A DNA stretch of 64,000 nucleotides, taken from NCBI RefSeq assembly GCF_009914755.1, contig NC_060930.1; one strand, given 5' to 3'. The stretch comes from the human T2T-CHM13v2.0 reference genome, Homo sapiens. The first letter of the stretch is position 1. The number at the start of each line of letters is the position of its first letter. The position numbers were made by a program, and so were the translations under genes. The notes under the pieces are model-generated. The model was not told the DNA's origin, ran no database searches, and saw nothing but the letters and a program-made list of their open reading frames with translations. Below, one piece after another: positions 19,600 through 38,842 of the stretch.

Positions 19600-20137
19600 A
19601 ACAGGAAATTGTAGTCATTATATAAGAAAGATAATTTCTTCTTGGGGTTTTGTGTCCATAAAACCAGCCATCTAGTACAATGGGCAATGTCCTTTATTCC
19701 TGACTCCAGGCCTGATCTTACTCTTCTTAGGGAGTTTACTTTAGAAAACCTATAATTGTAAATTCTTTCTTTGCCCCATTGAGATGTAAATCTACACTTT
19801 CCTGAGGCTGGAGGAAGTGAGGGGCTGTCTTTCTGAAAAAAACTGGGAGTCATCCCTTTGAAATGAAATCATCAAGAAAGATAGTGTTTCTATCTCTCAT
19901 TCTCTCTCAGAGGTAGGAGCCTGATTTCCAATGTAACAAACACAGATTGCCTAATGACATGGACTAACCTCCCCTCTAAGGTCCTTCAGTACTTTTTCAC
20001 TAGCTCATTCCAGTGCCTAAGAACTCTTCTTCTTTTGTTTCAGGGGTATTGAATTTAATCTCTGATTCATTTTGCATTAGTTTTAAATAAAGTCTTTCTT
20101 TTATGTTTTACTTTATCCAGTGCAATTTTTCTTTGTC
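19600..20137 (+). mobile_element. ERV1-type solo LTR (MER31/MER67 group)
   Basis: gagtttactttagaaaac...ttgagatgtaaatct; 3' aataaagtctttc...ccagtgcaatttttctttg. Confidence 0.55.
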
Positions 20138-22384
20138 GAGAGTAGCCAATATATAATTCAAAAATAATATTCAATTAAAAGGCTTTTTAAAACCCTGTTT
20201 CAATTACCCTACAAACTTTGTTCTTATGAGAGTTGTTCAGAATTTTCAGTATTTTTTTTGAAAATTTTGAAATCTAAAACCATGGAATAAATAATATTTT
20301 TAGACAACAAGGGACTTTTCATTCTAAAACCTTAACCATCGTGTGTCTCTCTCAAGTGTTAAAGTTTTCCTTTTTTCAGTATTACAACTCAGTAGTAAGG
20401 AGATTTTCAAAATGCAGACAAAACTTTAATCAAAAGTATTCAAATTAAGGTGTTATTTCTAATTGCTAAATTATGACACATCTAAGTCACAGAAAAATAC
20501 TGATGACATATGTTAAATAATAAGACAGGAATCAAATGTATAGTCAGTACCAAAACATAATGAGTTGCTGTCTTTGGTTGGCTTATTATGGATAATTTTT
20601 ATTTTCTTTTTTATATTTTTCTATAATTTAAAATTCAAAAACCATTTACTTATCAAATGATAAATATTATTTAAAAATATATCTTCATGAAACAATTTTA
20701 GTGACTCTCCAAGAACTTTGCTTTTCATGATCATAGGTTGAGAGAAAATGAATAATGCATTGTAATTGGGAGTTTCAAAACATTTTCTCTCAGAATAAAT
20801 GTTTTTTCAACTTGATATTTGAATGTATCTATACATTAATTTTCACAAGCTTTAGTATTTATTGTAATCATCTACCTTTAAAATTTATATTCTTGGATTT
20901 TGAGAATTTTTATAGCTTTATTCTGTAAGAATTTTTTCTTTTTGTATTATGAGTCAGATTCCAATGTGTAGGAAAATCTGCTTTTTAAGTGACTCCAAAT
21001 GAGCACTGTTTCTTATTCTGAAGATTTTTATTGTCATATTTGTTAATAGCTTAATTATACTTTACAAGCTGGAGCATCATATTTTTCCAGGACCAAGAGG
21101 AGAGAATGTCTCTTAACTTTTCTCGTATTTTAAGGTCAGCTTGAGTACTTTCCCATAAAGTTATTAAGTATAACTTCTGATAACACATAGAAGAGGTTAT
21201 GAGCTTCCACCACAGTCCAGATGGTTTATGTCCTTGTCATTCTCTTCAGTGTTGGGTATAACACATTTTCTGATAGGTTTGGTTTTACTAACCCGTTTAT
21301 CATTCAGCCTTTCTCAGTGAGGCAAAGTTGTGGTCGAGTAGATTAGGGTCAAATTTGTTCTGGCTTTAAAAGGGTTTGTTTTTCCACCTGGAATGCGGCC
21401 CCTCTCATTTTTTTCAGGATTGTGGTTTGTGAAAGAGTGAACTAACCAACACAAATAGGGTACTTAATCTTCATTTGTCAAAGCTGTAGGTGCTCTGCTT
21501 CTTTGATTTACATAATGAAAAGTTAAACAAATTTCTGCAAGATTCAATTTCCACAAGTTTTGTATTTTTATGTTGTACAAATAAATTTTTATAACTTAGC
21601 TGGTAAACACAATAAGTAAGGAAAACAATTTAATGTTTATTTGAATTTGCTGTGGAATAACACTATTTGCCTTATTTATGTATTATTTTCCTTTCCAATT
21701 TAGTTGTAGTAATTACTAAAATATTTTAAGATGGACATTTCTAATTTTGTAAATACACAGATACATGAGATGGAAAATATATGTTGTAGTTAAAGCCACC
21801 TGTTTAAGAAATTTTCTTAAAACACATATAAAGTTAATTTATTCCTTAAGAAAAGACTAAATGCTGTTCATTAGTAAAAATATGCAGTTACTAGACTTGT
21901 ATTTGATTAAAAATTGTGACCTCTTTTCTATATAGCTGCTTTATTCAATTTCACTGATTATTCCCAAAGGTGGTCCTAGAAATTTCAAAAGCTTTTGAGT
22001 TCTTTTCTATTTGATTGATAATATGATTTTTTTTGTTAATTTTTTTTCTTTTTTTTGCCTCAGGTAACATTACTGAGGTAATTGGGATCATAAAATAATC
22101 ACAGAAATTGCTTAGGTTAGATTTCACTGTATGAAACCAACAACCATTTGGTGATTGCCCAATAAATGCACATTACTATAGTCATATCTAGTAATCAGGG
22201 GACTGTGATGCTTGATAGGTACCAAACAAATATAATTTAGAGTCCTTAATGCTTGAGAAATGTGGCTACTTCTCAAAAGAACTGTTTCTCCCTAATAAGC
22301 TGGAATAGTATATGAACAGATAATTAAAGTCTAGCAGGAAGGAAGCAGGGAAGAAAATTTTCTAAAGTAGTATTCTGCTTTATT

Positions 22385-22650
22385 ACTTGTATCACTTAGG
22401 ATCTCAGCAGGAAACGGAGTGGTTACTGCAGCTGAAGGAGAGGAGGACCAGAGAGGAGCTGTGAATTTAGGCTGAGGAATGTAGCTACTGCTACCTGCAC
22501 TTCACAGGGAGGAGTGCCCCATCTCTCTTTCCTTCCATTCTCTGATCAGCTACTAGTGCTTCTTGCTGGCAAAGCCAAATAGGATCACAAGGCATAGAGG
22601 TCAGCCTCCTGGGCACAGAGCAGAGCAGAGAAGGCTGGAGAGCATATCTG
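22385..22650 (-). mobile_element. Old MLT1 LTR fragment
   Basis: ggtcagcctcctgggcacagagcagagcagagaagg motif, similar to 58620-58680. Confidence 0.5.
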
Positions 22651-22653
22651 CAG

Positions 22654-28680
<6,027 letters not shown>

Positions 28681-29059
28681 CATATCTCAGTGAACTTGCT
28701 AAAACAATTGCCTTTATATGAGGCAAATTCTAGTAAACCAGTCACTGCCATTGTCTGACTATTGGTATATAAGGTGAAAGTCCCACAGCCCTATGAACAG
28801 AAGCACCATCTGTTGTTTTCTGACTTGCACATTTTATGCTCCCCTTTCTTTATCCTTCTACCTTATGAAATTCAGATGCATTATAATTTTAATGTGAAAA
28901 TTCCAAACTACTTTATTAACTATTTAATAAAGCTAAATGTATGGAAAGATAAAATTTTATCATTCTAACATTCTTACTTACCTTTCAAAACCCAGTTAAT
29001 TCCTTTAAACTGCCTCTATCCAATCATTCTATGACTTTTTACCCAGTCAAGTTACTATT

Positions 29060-29560
29060 TATTCATGTACTCTGTAAACATTTATTGATAAACCACTAAC
29101 CTACCAGAAACTGAGCAAAACTCTGGGAACCCAAAATCTTTATACACAGAATTAAATACAGTTCTGTAGTCATAGTCCAGTGGTGGAGTTAGATATAAAA
29201 CCAGATAAATACAAGACCTTGCTTCCAGAGCCATTACAGCAGCACAAACAAAAAACAGAGAGGTAAAATAAGGGATATAAACAGGTGAAATAAGGTATCA
29301 ACTCTGTATTTGAAATCTAGGAAGGAAAAAGCCATAGAATTCTTGAAATGGATCTTGAAGGATGAATAGGAGTTTTCCAAACACAAAGAGTTATGAAGTA
29401 CTTTCCAGGTAGGAAAACTCAAACTATTGTGTGAACTGTGTGGGAGCTGGGCTTATTTGAGGAATAGCTTGAAGTTGGCTAGGAGCATGGGATGAGATGG
29501 AGTGCAGTGGGAGATTTTGATTGGAGGTGGAGGGTGGGCCCATTTATGAAATAAGGCAGT
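29060..29560 (-). mobile_element. L2 fragment
   Basis: aaacatttattga...tggatcttgaaggatgaataggagtttt. Confidence 0.6.
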
Positions 29561-29868
29561 TGGGGAGAGAAAATTATCCTCTCATATTCCCTTTACTCCT
29601 GACTCTTCCAGTATCATTTAATCTTCCACAAATTGTCATGGAAACTACATGTCCGAAGCTATGGGAAAAGCAAGATAATTTACACTAAAGAAATTAATGA
29701 CTAATATTTACTTAACTCTTCTATAGGTATCTGATAAATAAAAAGTTTCAGAGAGTCTATGGGTTACAGAAGGCATTTTTGAGGGACTATCATTCCATAA
29801 ATCATGCTATGCAATCTACTTTTCTTAGATGCTTAAATTATAAGATGGAGATAATAAAACACATCTTA

Positions 29869-30118
29869 AAGCATTCTATTTGATCACACAGCAGAGGGAC
29901 TATAGTCAATAATATGTTAATTGTACATTTTAAAATAATGAAAAGAGTGTAATTGGATTATTTGTATAACACAAAGGATATACATTTGAGGGGATGGATA
30001 CCCCATTCTCCACGATGTGATTATTTCACATTGCATGCCTGTATCAAAACATTTAATACACCCTACAAATACATACATCTACTATGTACACACAAATATT
30101 ATAAATAAAAAATGAAAA
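29869..30118 (+). mobile_element. L1MA2-like 3' end inserted into a MIR
   Basis: gaggggatggataccccattctccacgatgtgattatttcacattgcatgcctgtatc; perfect 16-bp TSD aataaaacacatctta (29853-29868, 30119-30134); MIR core resumes ggctgttgtgaat. Confidence 0.92.
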
Positions 30119-30334
30119 AATAAAACACATCTTACCAGGCTGTTGTGAATTTCAACTAAGATAATATATGTGAAAGTCTTTAGTAACCTGCAAAGTGCTG
30201 TCTACCAATAGAATTTTATCTAAATTGGCCCTGGATCCCAGCCTTCTATTACTTTCAGAACCAGCCACAAAAGTTTCTTTTTTCTTTCTATAACTGAATC
30301 ACTTTTAGGCCTTTTTTGCCGTTTTTGCTGGATG

Positions 30335-30660
30335 TGGTGTTGTCATGGGGTGTCTGCAAACAGCTCTGAGATGGAAAGTTGAGTAAATTAAGAGAAAATT
30401 TGTTCCTTGGAAGAGTTCTCTGGAGATACCCCTATATGGAAATGAGGAAGGCCTTTCAGAATTTTTCCATTTGAGGAAACAGGCCAACTTTTGGCCTTTT
30501 ATTAGCCAATTATCAGCTTGGCGCCATCTCTGGGTGAGGTGGTTCCTGGCCAAGGGCCTTTGCATGTGAGCAGGGAGCTCTGAAGCATCAGTAGCAGATA
30601 GCCTCAGTTGCTGGGGGATGGGTACTTCCACCTGAAGATGGAATATAAGCAGACATCACA
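30335..30660 (-). mobile_element. Possible ERVL LTR relic (LTR33/LTR16-like)
   Basis: tgggtgaggtggttcc...cagttgctgggggatgggtac resembles ERVL LTR text. Confidence 0.35.
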
Positions 30661-31415
30661 GCACCCACTACCCTTTCCCTTCCTTCACTGGATTCCAAGA
30701 TGAAGTCTGAAGGTGAGCTACCCTTGTCAATGAAAAGACAAAGAAGTTCAGATAGTTCCCACTGAAAAAGCAGGGAGGTCCTAATCTTGGGGACTCTCTG
30801 TGTTATGCATTCAGAGATTTTAGAGAGATTTTCATTGTCAAGTTGTCTCTTCACTACACACTTTTTCTCTTTGTTTTATTTATCTGAGCCCACAAATGCT
30901 GGTTTTGAATGTGAAAAACTTTAAATATGTAACCCACTGTCATTTATATCTAATGATGACTTAAATCTGTGTAGTATATTACTATATTAAAAAAAACTTC
31001 TAACTCACTAAGTGTAGCATAACTCAAAATTTAAAAAGATATTTATGTGTATACATGCATATAGAAGAAAAACTGCAAAGTTACACTCTGAAATAGTAAT
31101 GATTATTGGATGATAGAATTATTTGTAATTTGATGTTTTTCTTTTTTAAAAAATTTGCATTTCTTATTTTCTTTGACAAAATATTATTTCGCAATTATAA
31201 ACAAGCAAGAAGTGTTTTGAATAATTATATGGTTCTTTATAATTTACAAAATGCTTTTATATACATTATTATATGTAATACATCTTGCATCTTACCATGT
31301 CAGATAATAGAAGGTCTTATGGGAATCATTTTATAGATGTGAAAACTGATCTTTAAAGAAGTTTACATAGAAGTTTACACAGCTATTACATCGTTAGAAT
31401 CTCTCCTAGAAATAT

Positions 31416-31886
<471 letters not shown>

Positions 31887-32430
31887 TTATTTCAACAATT
31901 AACTACATTCTTCATACATATACAGCCTCCTTGGTTTGTTTCACGTGTTGTGTAGCTATCTTCTCCCGCCTTAAAAAAAATTTAAAGTGTCTATGATTAT
32001 AGCAGCCAGCAGAAAATTTTCAGGCAAGAATATTCATTAAATTCAACTGACTCCTTTCTAAGTGACATACTCAAATGTAAGCCTAAGGGAAGTATAAAGT
32101 TGAGCTTTTCCAAAAACCATAAGGTGTATTTCATGCCTCACCTATTAGAATATTTTAGATATTCCATCTTGCCCATAATATAGCAATATGAAATAATTTA
32201 AGAATCTCTACTTTAAAAGTATTCTGTATAAATTTTATATTACCTTAATACTTCTTATACATACATTATAATTTTATACTAAAATAATGTTTTATATTAA
32301 AATATGTATGTACATGAGAAATTTGGTAAATAAACTTGGTCCTTTAGTTTTCCTTAAAGAACTGTGCTTAAGGATATATTTCTCAGTAAAAGATCAGGTA
32401 ATTCACCTGGAGAAATATAAAATAGTAGGA

Positions 32431-32733
32431 TTTCTATTTTATTTTATTTTAAGTTTCGGGATACATGTGCAGGATGTGCAGGTTTGTTACATAGGTAAAC
32501 ATGTGTCATGGTGGTTTGCTGCACCTATCAACCCATTACCTAGGTATTCAGCCCAGAATGCATTAGCTATTTATTCTAATGTTCTCCCTCACTCCCCACC
32601 TCAACCAAGCCCCACAGGCCCCAGTGTGTGTGATTCACCTCCCTGTGTCCATGTGTTCTCATTGTTCAGCTCCCACTTATAAGTGTGGTGTTTGCTTTTC
32701 TGTTCCTGCATTAGTTTGCTGAGGACAATGGCT
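32431..32733 (-). mobile_element. L1PA8-PA11-like 3' UTR fragment
   Basis: gatacatgtgcaggatgtgcaggtttgttacataggtaaac...atgcattagctatt. Confidence 0.9.
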
Positions 32734-33559
32734 ATAAAATAATTTGATGGCATAATCTATGAAATGCTGAATAATTGTCTTATTGCCACTTCAAGGGATT
32801 GGTGATAATATAATAGTATATTGAATGCAAAATAACTAGATATTTCCTTCTCTCTGAAGACAAGTGGGTACAAACAATTCTCTGTGGTCATAAATAGACA
32901 AATATCTGCTTGGTAGTGAATACAGTCATGTCCTTTAGGAGAAGACCATGAGTTCTCTGGGCATTTTGAGGCTTTTAGAGGAGGAGCTGGTCAAAGAGGT
33001 TTTAGTTGTTTTGTTTGAGGTTATAGCAGAAAGTGAGGAGAGTCTTTAAGGAGACACAGCATTGAAATATGTGGAATGTCAGGGAAATAATTCCCAGGTG
33101 AGGAAACAATGTGACCCAAAGACACAAATGTAGAATCAACTCTGGGCTTTTGGTCAGATTTTGAGATTTAGGATGTGGTGAGATATTAAAAAGTGCTTTA
33201 TTTGCTCAGACAAGTGTTGTGATGACTTATTGTGTACCACATAATTAGTCTGGCAATAAAGCCAGCTAGGTTTTGGTAATATAAACTTGAAATTAGAAGA
33301 TTTTCATTAGGCTACTAGTCTTAAAAATTCCAAAGAAGGAATACACATAATATTTTTTAAATTTAGTAACGCTTTTTTATAAAGACATAGGGTATAAAGC
33401 TTCATTGATAATTTGATTTCTAATTTATTTAAACATTTTTAAAAATATGTATTATAAAACAGAAAGAATTTAGACCCAGAAGGACTGGAGTGATAGTGGC
33501 TGTGTATTGCAGAAATGAGGGAACTGAGTCCTTAGAGAAGTGAAATTTTTGGTCCAGAC

Positions 33560-33660
33560 TAATGCAGTGATGTAGTGGCAAGACCCTGGATTTTGTACCA
33601 GGAGGCTGGAGTTCAACCCTAGGTTTTGCCACTCACAGGCTTTGTGACCTCAGGCAAGCC
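33560..33660 (+). mobile_element. MIR 5' part (resumes at ~35582-35700)
   Basis: gttcaaccctaggttttgccactcac...tgtgacctcaggcaag; later atgtgaggattaa. Confidence 0.7.
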
Positions 33661-34238
33661 TTTATATATATATAAATATATACATAAAGCCTTTATATAT
33701 ATATATAAATATATATATAAAGGCTTTATATATATAAATATATATATATAAAGCCTTTATATATATAAATATATATAAAGCCTTTATATATATAAATATA
33801 TATAAAGCCTTTATATATATAAATATAATATAAATATATATATTATATATAAATATATATATTTATATATATTTACCTTTATATATATGTATATTTACCT
33901 TTATATATAATATATATAATATATATTATATATATAAATATATTATATATTATAATATAAATATATAATATATATAATATATATTATATATATAATATAT
34001 AATATATATATTATATATATTATATATATTATATATATTATATATAATATATATAAAATATATTTATATATAAATATATAAATTATATATAATATATATA
34101 TTATATATAAATATATATATAAAGGTAAATATACATATATATAAAGGTAAATATATATAAAGGTAAATATATATATAAAGGTAAATATATATATTTATAA
34201 AATATATATTTTTTTATAAATTTATATATATATATATA
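33656..34238. repeat. Complex (TA)n-based AT-rich array, ~580 bp, with internal palindrome
   Basis: AAGCCTTT(AT)n units at left; 33865-33909 is the exact reverse complement of 34114-34158. Confidence 0.95.
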
Positions 34239-34253
34239 CACCTGTGTTTACTC

Positions 34254-34988
34254 TTTTTTTTATTATTATACTTTAAGTTCTGGGATACATGTGCAGAACG
34301 TGCAGGTTTGTTACATAGGTATACACATGCCATGGTGTTTGCTGCACCCATCAACCCATCAACTACATTAGGTATTTCTCCTAATGCTATCCCTCCCCTA
34401 GCCCCCCACCCTCAATAGGCCCCCATGTATGATGTTCCCTTCCCTGTGTCCATGTGTTCTCATTGTTCAACTCCCACTAATGAGTGAGAACATGTGGTGT
34501 TTGGTTTTCTGTTCCTGTATTAGTTTGCTGAGAATGATGATATCCAGCCTCATCCTTGTGCCTGCAAAGGACATGAACTCATCCTTTTTCATGGCTGCAT
34601 AGTATTCCATGGTCTATATGTACCACATTTTCTTTATCCAGTCTATCATTGATGGGAATTTGGGTTGGTTCCAAGTCTTTGCTATTGTGAACAGTGCTGC
34701 ACTATACATACATGTGCATGTGTCTTTATAGTAGCATGATTTATAATCCTTTAGGTATATACCTAGTAATGGTATTGTGGGGTCAAATGGTATTTCTGGT
34801 TCTAGATCCTTGAGGAATTGCCACACTGTCGTCCACAATGGTTGAACTAATTTACACCCCCACCAACAGTGTAAAAGTGTTCCTATTTCTCCACATCCTC
34901 TCCAGCATGTGTTGTTTCCTGACTTTTTAATGAACAACATTCTAACGGGCATGAGTTGGTATCTTATTGTGGTTTTGATTTGCATTTC
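34254..34988 (-). mobile_element. L1PA7-like 3' segment of a 5'-inverted insertion
   Basis: poly(T)-ttatactttaagttctgggatacatgtgcagaacgtgc; ORF2 C-terminus (ORF 34614-34991). Confidence 0.95.
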
Positions 34989-35581
34989 CAATGGAACAGA
35001 ACAGAGGCCTCAGAAATAACACTGCACATCTACAACCATCGGATCTTTGACAAACCTGACAAAAACAAGCAATGGGGAAAGGATTCCCTATTTAATATAT
35101 GGTGTTGGGAAAACTGGCTAGCCATATGCAGAAAACTGAAACTGGACCCCTTCCTTACACCTTATAGAAAAACTAACTCATGATGTATTAAAGACTTATA
35201 TGTAAGTCTTAAAGCCATAAAAACCCTAGAAGAAAACCTAGGCAATACCATTCAGAACATAGGCATGGGCAAGGACTTCATGACTAAAAACACCAAAAGC
35301 AATGGCAACAAAAGCCAAAATTGACAAATGGGATCTAGTTAAACTAAAGAGCTTCTGCACAGCAAAAGAAACTATCATCAGAGTGAACACGCCACCTACA
35401 GAATGAGAGAAATATTTTGCAATCTACTCATCTGACAAAGGGCTAATATCCAGAATCTACAAGGAACTTAAACAAATTTACAAGAAAAAATCAAACAACC
35501 CCATCAAAAAGTGGGCAAAGAATATGAACAAACACTTCTCAAAAGAAGACATTTATGCAGCCAGTAAACATATGAAAAAAG
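34989..35581 (+). mobile_element. Inverted 5' segment of the same L1PA7
   Basis: caatggaacagaacagaggcc...catatgaaaaaag lies just upstream (in L1 coordinates) of the minus segment. Confidence 0.93.
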
Positions 35582-36470
35582 ACTTTTAATCTCTAGAAAG
35601 ATGGGCTTTCTTTTGTGCAACAAGTACAAATAGTAGAACCTGCCGTGTCTATATGCAACCTCATGTGGCTAATGTGAGGATTAAGATGCTTTGCCAGTTG
35701 CACAGCTGTATGGTATGATGATCATCCATAGGCAGGCTGAACTAGAATTCAGGTCTCCATTATTCTCTGTGATCAAATCCTTTTTGCTTGCTTTACTTTT
35801 TGCTCATGGATATATAAAGTTTGTTTCTGAAATCCGATAGCATGTCACATTCTTTATGGGAAAAAGTCTCAGAAAAACCACTCTGTAGATCTAGTGTCCC
35901 CACAGGCCTCAATCCCAATTTTTGGAAATATTTTCAAAATTTTTCTGAAGATTTCTAATAGGCAATCCTATTACTTTCAAATAATGACAAATTTGTCTTC
36001 TGCATTCCAACATATGTAACTCATTTTTTAATATTTTTTAAAGAGAGAAACATCTTGTTTCATTCACTGGAATTTGTAGAAAAGTAAGGGTATAGCAGGG
36101 ATATGGTAGGCTTCCATTCTTGTTCCTGACTTTGAGAATGTCTCCTCTTCATTGTTTCACTGTTAAGTGATATTGGCTTAGATGATCACATATCTTTTTA
36201 AATAGCCTTCAATTTTATTAAATAACATGCTGGCAGCTGTTAATATGATGGTATAATTTTTCTTCTTTGACTTCTTAGTGTTTTATTAATTATGTCAAAA
36301 TATTTTAGCATAATGTTATATTAATTATTTTAATAGAGTTTCTTGTGTTGAAGCATCTTTACTGGAATCAGCTACTAGAATATATTTTTTTCCTGGATTA
36401 CTTTCCACTTTTTTTTCTTTCCTTCTCAGTCTCAGTCTCCTTTGCTGATTGCTTTTCTTTCCTTTTCTCC

Positions 36471-38005
36471 TTTTTTTTTTTTTTTTTTTTTTTTTACAAT
36501 AGATGTCTTGAACTTATTCCTCCCATCTAACTGAAATTTTGTATCCTTTGATGAACAACTCTCCAATTTCTCTTTCCCTACCAGCCCCTGGTAACCACCA
36601 TTCCACTCTCTATTTCTATGAGTTCAACTTTTTTACAATCCACGTATGAACAAGATCATGCATTATTTGTCTATTTGTGCCTGGCTTACTTCACTTAACA
36701 TAATGTCTTCCAGGGTCATCCATGTTGTTGCAAATGACATGATTTCCTTCTCTTTAAAGGCTGAATAGCATGCCACTAAATATAAATACTATATATAAAA
36801 TGTATTTTCTTTGCCTATTCATCTGTTGAGGAACATTTAGGTTGATTCCATACCATGGCTATTGAGTATAATGCTGCAATGAACATGGGAGTGGAGATAT
36901 CTCTTTGGCATATTGATTTTATTTTCTTTGGATATATACCTAGTAGTGGGTTGGCTGGGTCATATGGTAGTTCTATTGTTTTTTGGAACCTCCCCACTGT
37001 TTTCCATAATGGCTATACTTTACTTTTCCACTAACAGTGTTCAAAGGTTTTCTTTTTTCCACATTCTCTCCAATACTTATCTTTTGTCTTTTTGATAATA
37101 GCCATTCTAACAAGTGTGAAGTGATATCTCATTGTTGTCTTAATTTGCATTTCCTTGATGATGAGTCATGTTGAGAATGTTTGCCTATACCTCTTTGCCA
37201 GGTATATATCTTCCTTTGAGAAATGGCTGTTCAGACCCTTTGCCTATTTTTTAATTTGGTTATTTATTTTCTTACTATGGAGTTGTTTGTGTTCCTTATA
37301 TTTTTTAGATATTAACCCCTTATCAGATATGTGACTTGCAAATATTCTTTCCCCTTTCATAAGTTGTCTTTTCACTCCCTTGATTGTTTCCTTGACTGTG
37401 CAGAAGCTTTTTAATTTGATGCAGTCCCATTTGTCTATATTTTCTTTTGTTGCCTGTGCTTTGGGTTCACATCAAAAAAATTATTGGCCAGACCAATGTT
37501 ATGGGGTTTTCTCCTATTGTTTCTTCTAGTAGTTGCACAGTTTCAGGTCTTACATTTCAGTCTTTAATCAATTTTCAGTTTATTTTGTGTATATGGTGTG
37601 AGATAAGTGTCTAATTTCATTCTTCTCCATGTGTATCTCTAGTTATCCCAGGACAATTTACTGAAGAGGGTGTCCTTTCTTCATTGTGTGTTCTTGGCAA
37701 CTTTGTTGAGAATTCATTGACTCTAAATGCGTGGATTTATTTCTGGGCTCTCTATTTTTAGTTTATCTCATTGGTTTATGTGTCTGCTTTTATGCCAGTG
37801 CCATGCTGTTTTGATTACTCTAATTTTGTGTTATATTTTGAAGTCAGGTAGTGTGATGCTTTCAGCTTTGCTCTTTTTGCTCAAGATTTCTGTGGCTGCT
37901 CAAGATTTCTTTGGCTCTTCAAGATCTTTTGGAGTTTCAGACAAATTTTGGAAATTTTTTTCCATTTCTGTAAAAAATGTCTTTGGAATTTTCACAGGGA
38001 TTGCC
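36471..38005 (-). mobile_element. L1MA (mid-age) ORF2 3' part and partial 3' UTR, inserted in an L2
   Basis: T25 fused to acaatagatgtcttgaacttattcctcc; ORF2 C-terminal peptide (ORF 36815-36997). Confidence 0.9.
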
Positions 38006-38009
38006 CTGT

Positions 38010-38842
38010 GCTAGTTTCTTCTCTCTATCCTTCCAGTATTCTGTCCCAAAGCTCAGTCTTTATTTGTCTTTTTCTATCCTTGAAATTATCTAATCTAATG
38101 GATTTAAATACCATATATATATATGTATCACCTGCAATACACAATAAGCTCCTGTTTTCCCTCATCCCACCTTTTCCCCCTACAGTCAGCTCTCAACACA
38201 GCAGCCAGAGCGATTCATTTACAGTGTAGGTCATATATGTTACAGCTCTGCTCAACCCCCAAGGTCACCCCAGCTAACTCAGAGTAAAAGCTAAAACCTT
38301 TATAATGTAACACTGAAGGATCTGGCCCCATTACTTCTCCAACCCGACTCCTCCTCCACCCCAGCTTCACTCTGTTCCCACCCCACTGACCTCTTTGGTG
38401 TTCTTTGAAATTTCCAGGCATAATTAGGCCATAATACTTTTGGCCTAGTTGTATCCTTTGTCTCAAGGAATCCACAAAACTAATTCCATCATTTTATTCA
38501 TGTTTTTGTTCAAATGCTAGCTGAGTTCAAATGCTCCACTGAGTAGTGGAGGTCTATTCTTGAACTACGTATTTAAAGTTGCAACCAACCATCTATTCTC
38601 ATCAGTTCTGGTCTCTTTATCTAGCTCTAGTTTTTATTCTCCTGTATCACTCCTCATTCTCTAACTATTGCGTAACTTACTTATTTATGATTCAAGTTAT
38701 TTGTTGTCTTCATTCATCTGCTATAAAGTAATTTCCGTGAGGCAGAGATCTTTGTTTTGTTTGCTGATATAACCTTAGTAATGAAAATTATGATTCACAT
38801 TATAGATGCTTAATAAACATTTATTAAATGAATGAATGCATG
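38010..38842 (+). mobile_element. L2 3' part (5' piece at ~36370-36460)
   Basis: caacacagcagccagagcgat...; terminal taataaacattttattaaatgaatgaatg. Confidence 0.8.

Noticed and set aside
29869-30118. L1MA2 piece as the missing 3' end of the 22654-28680 L1
   Set aside because: It has its own perfect 16-bp TSD inside a MIR, so it is an independent insertion.
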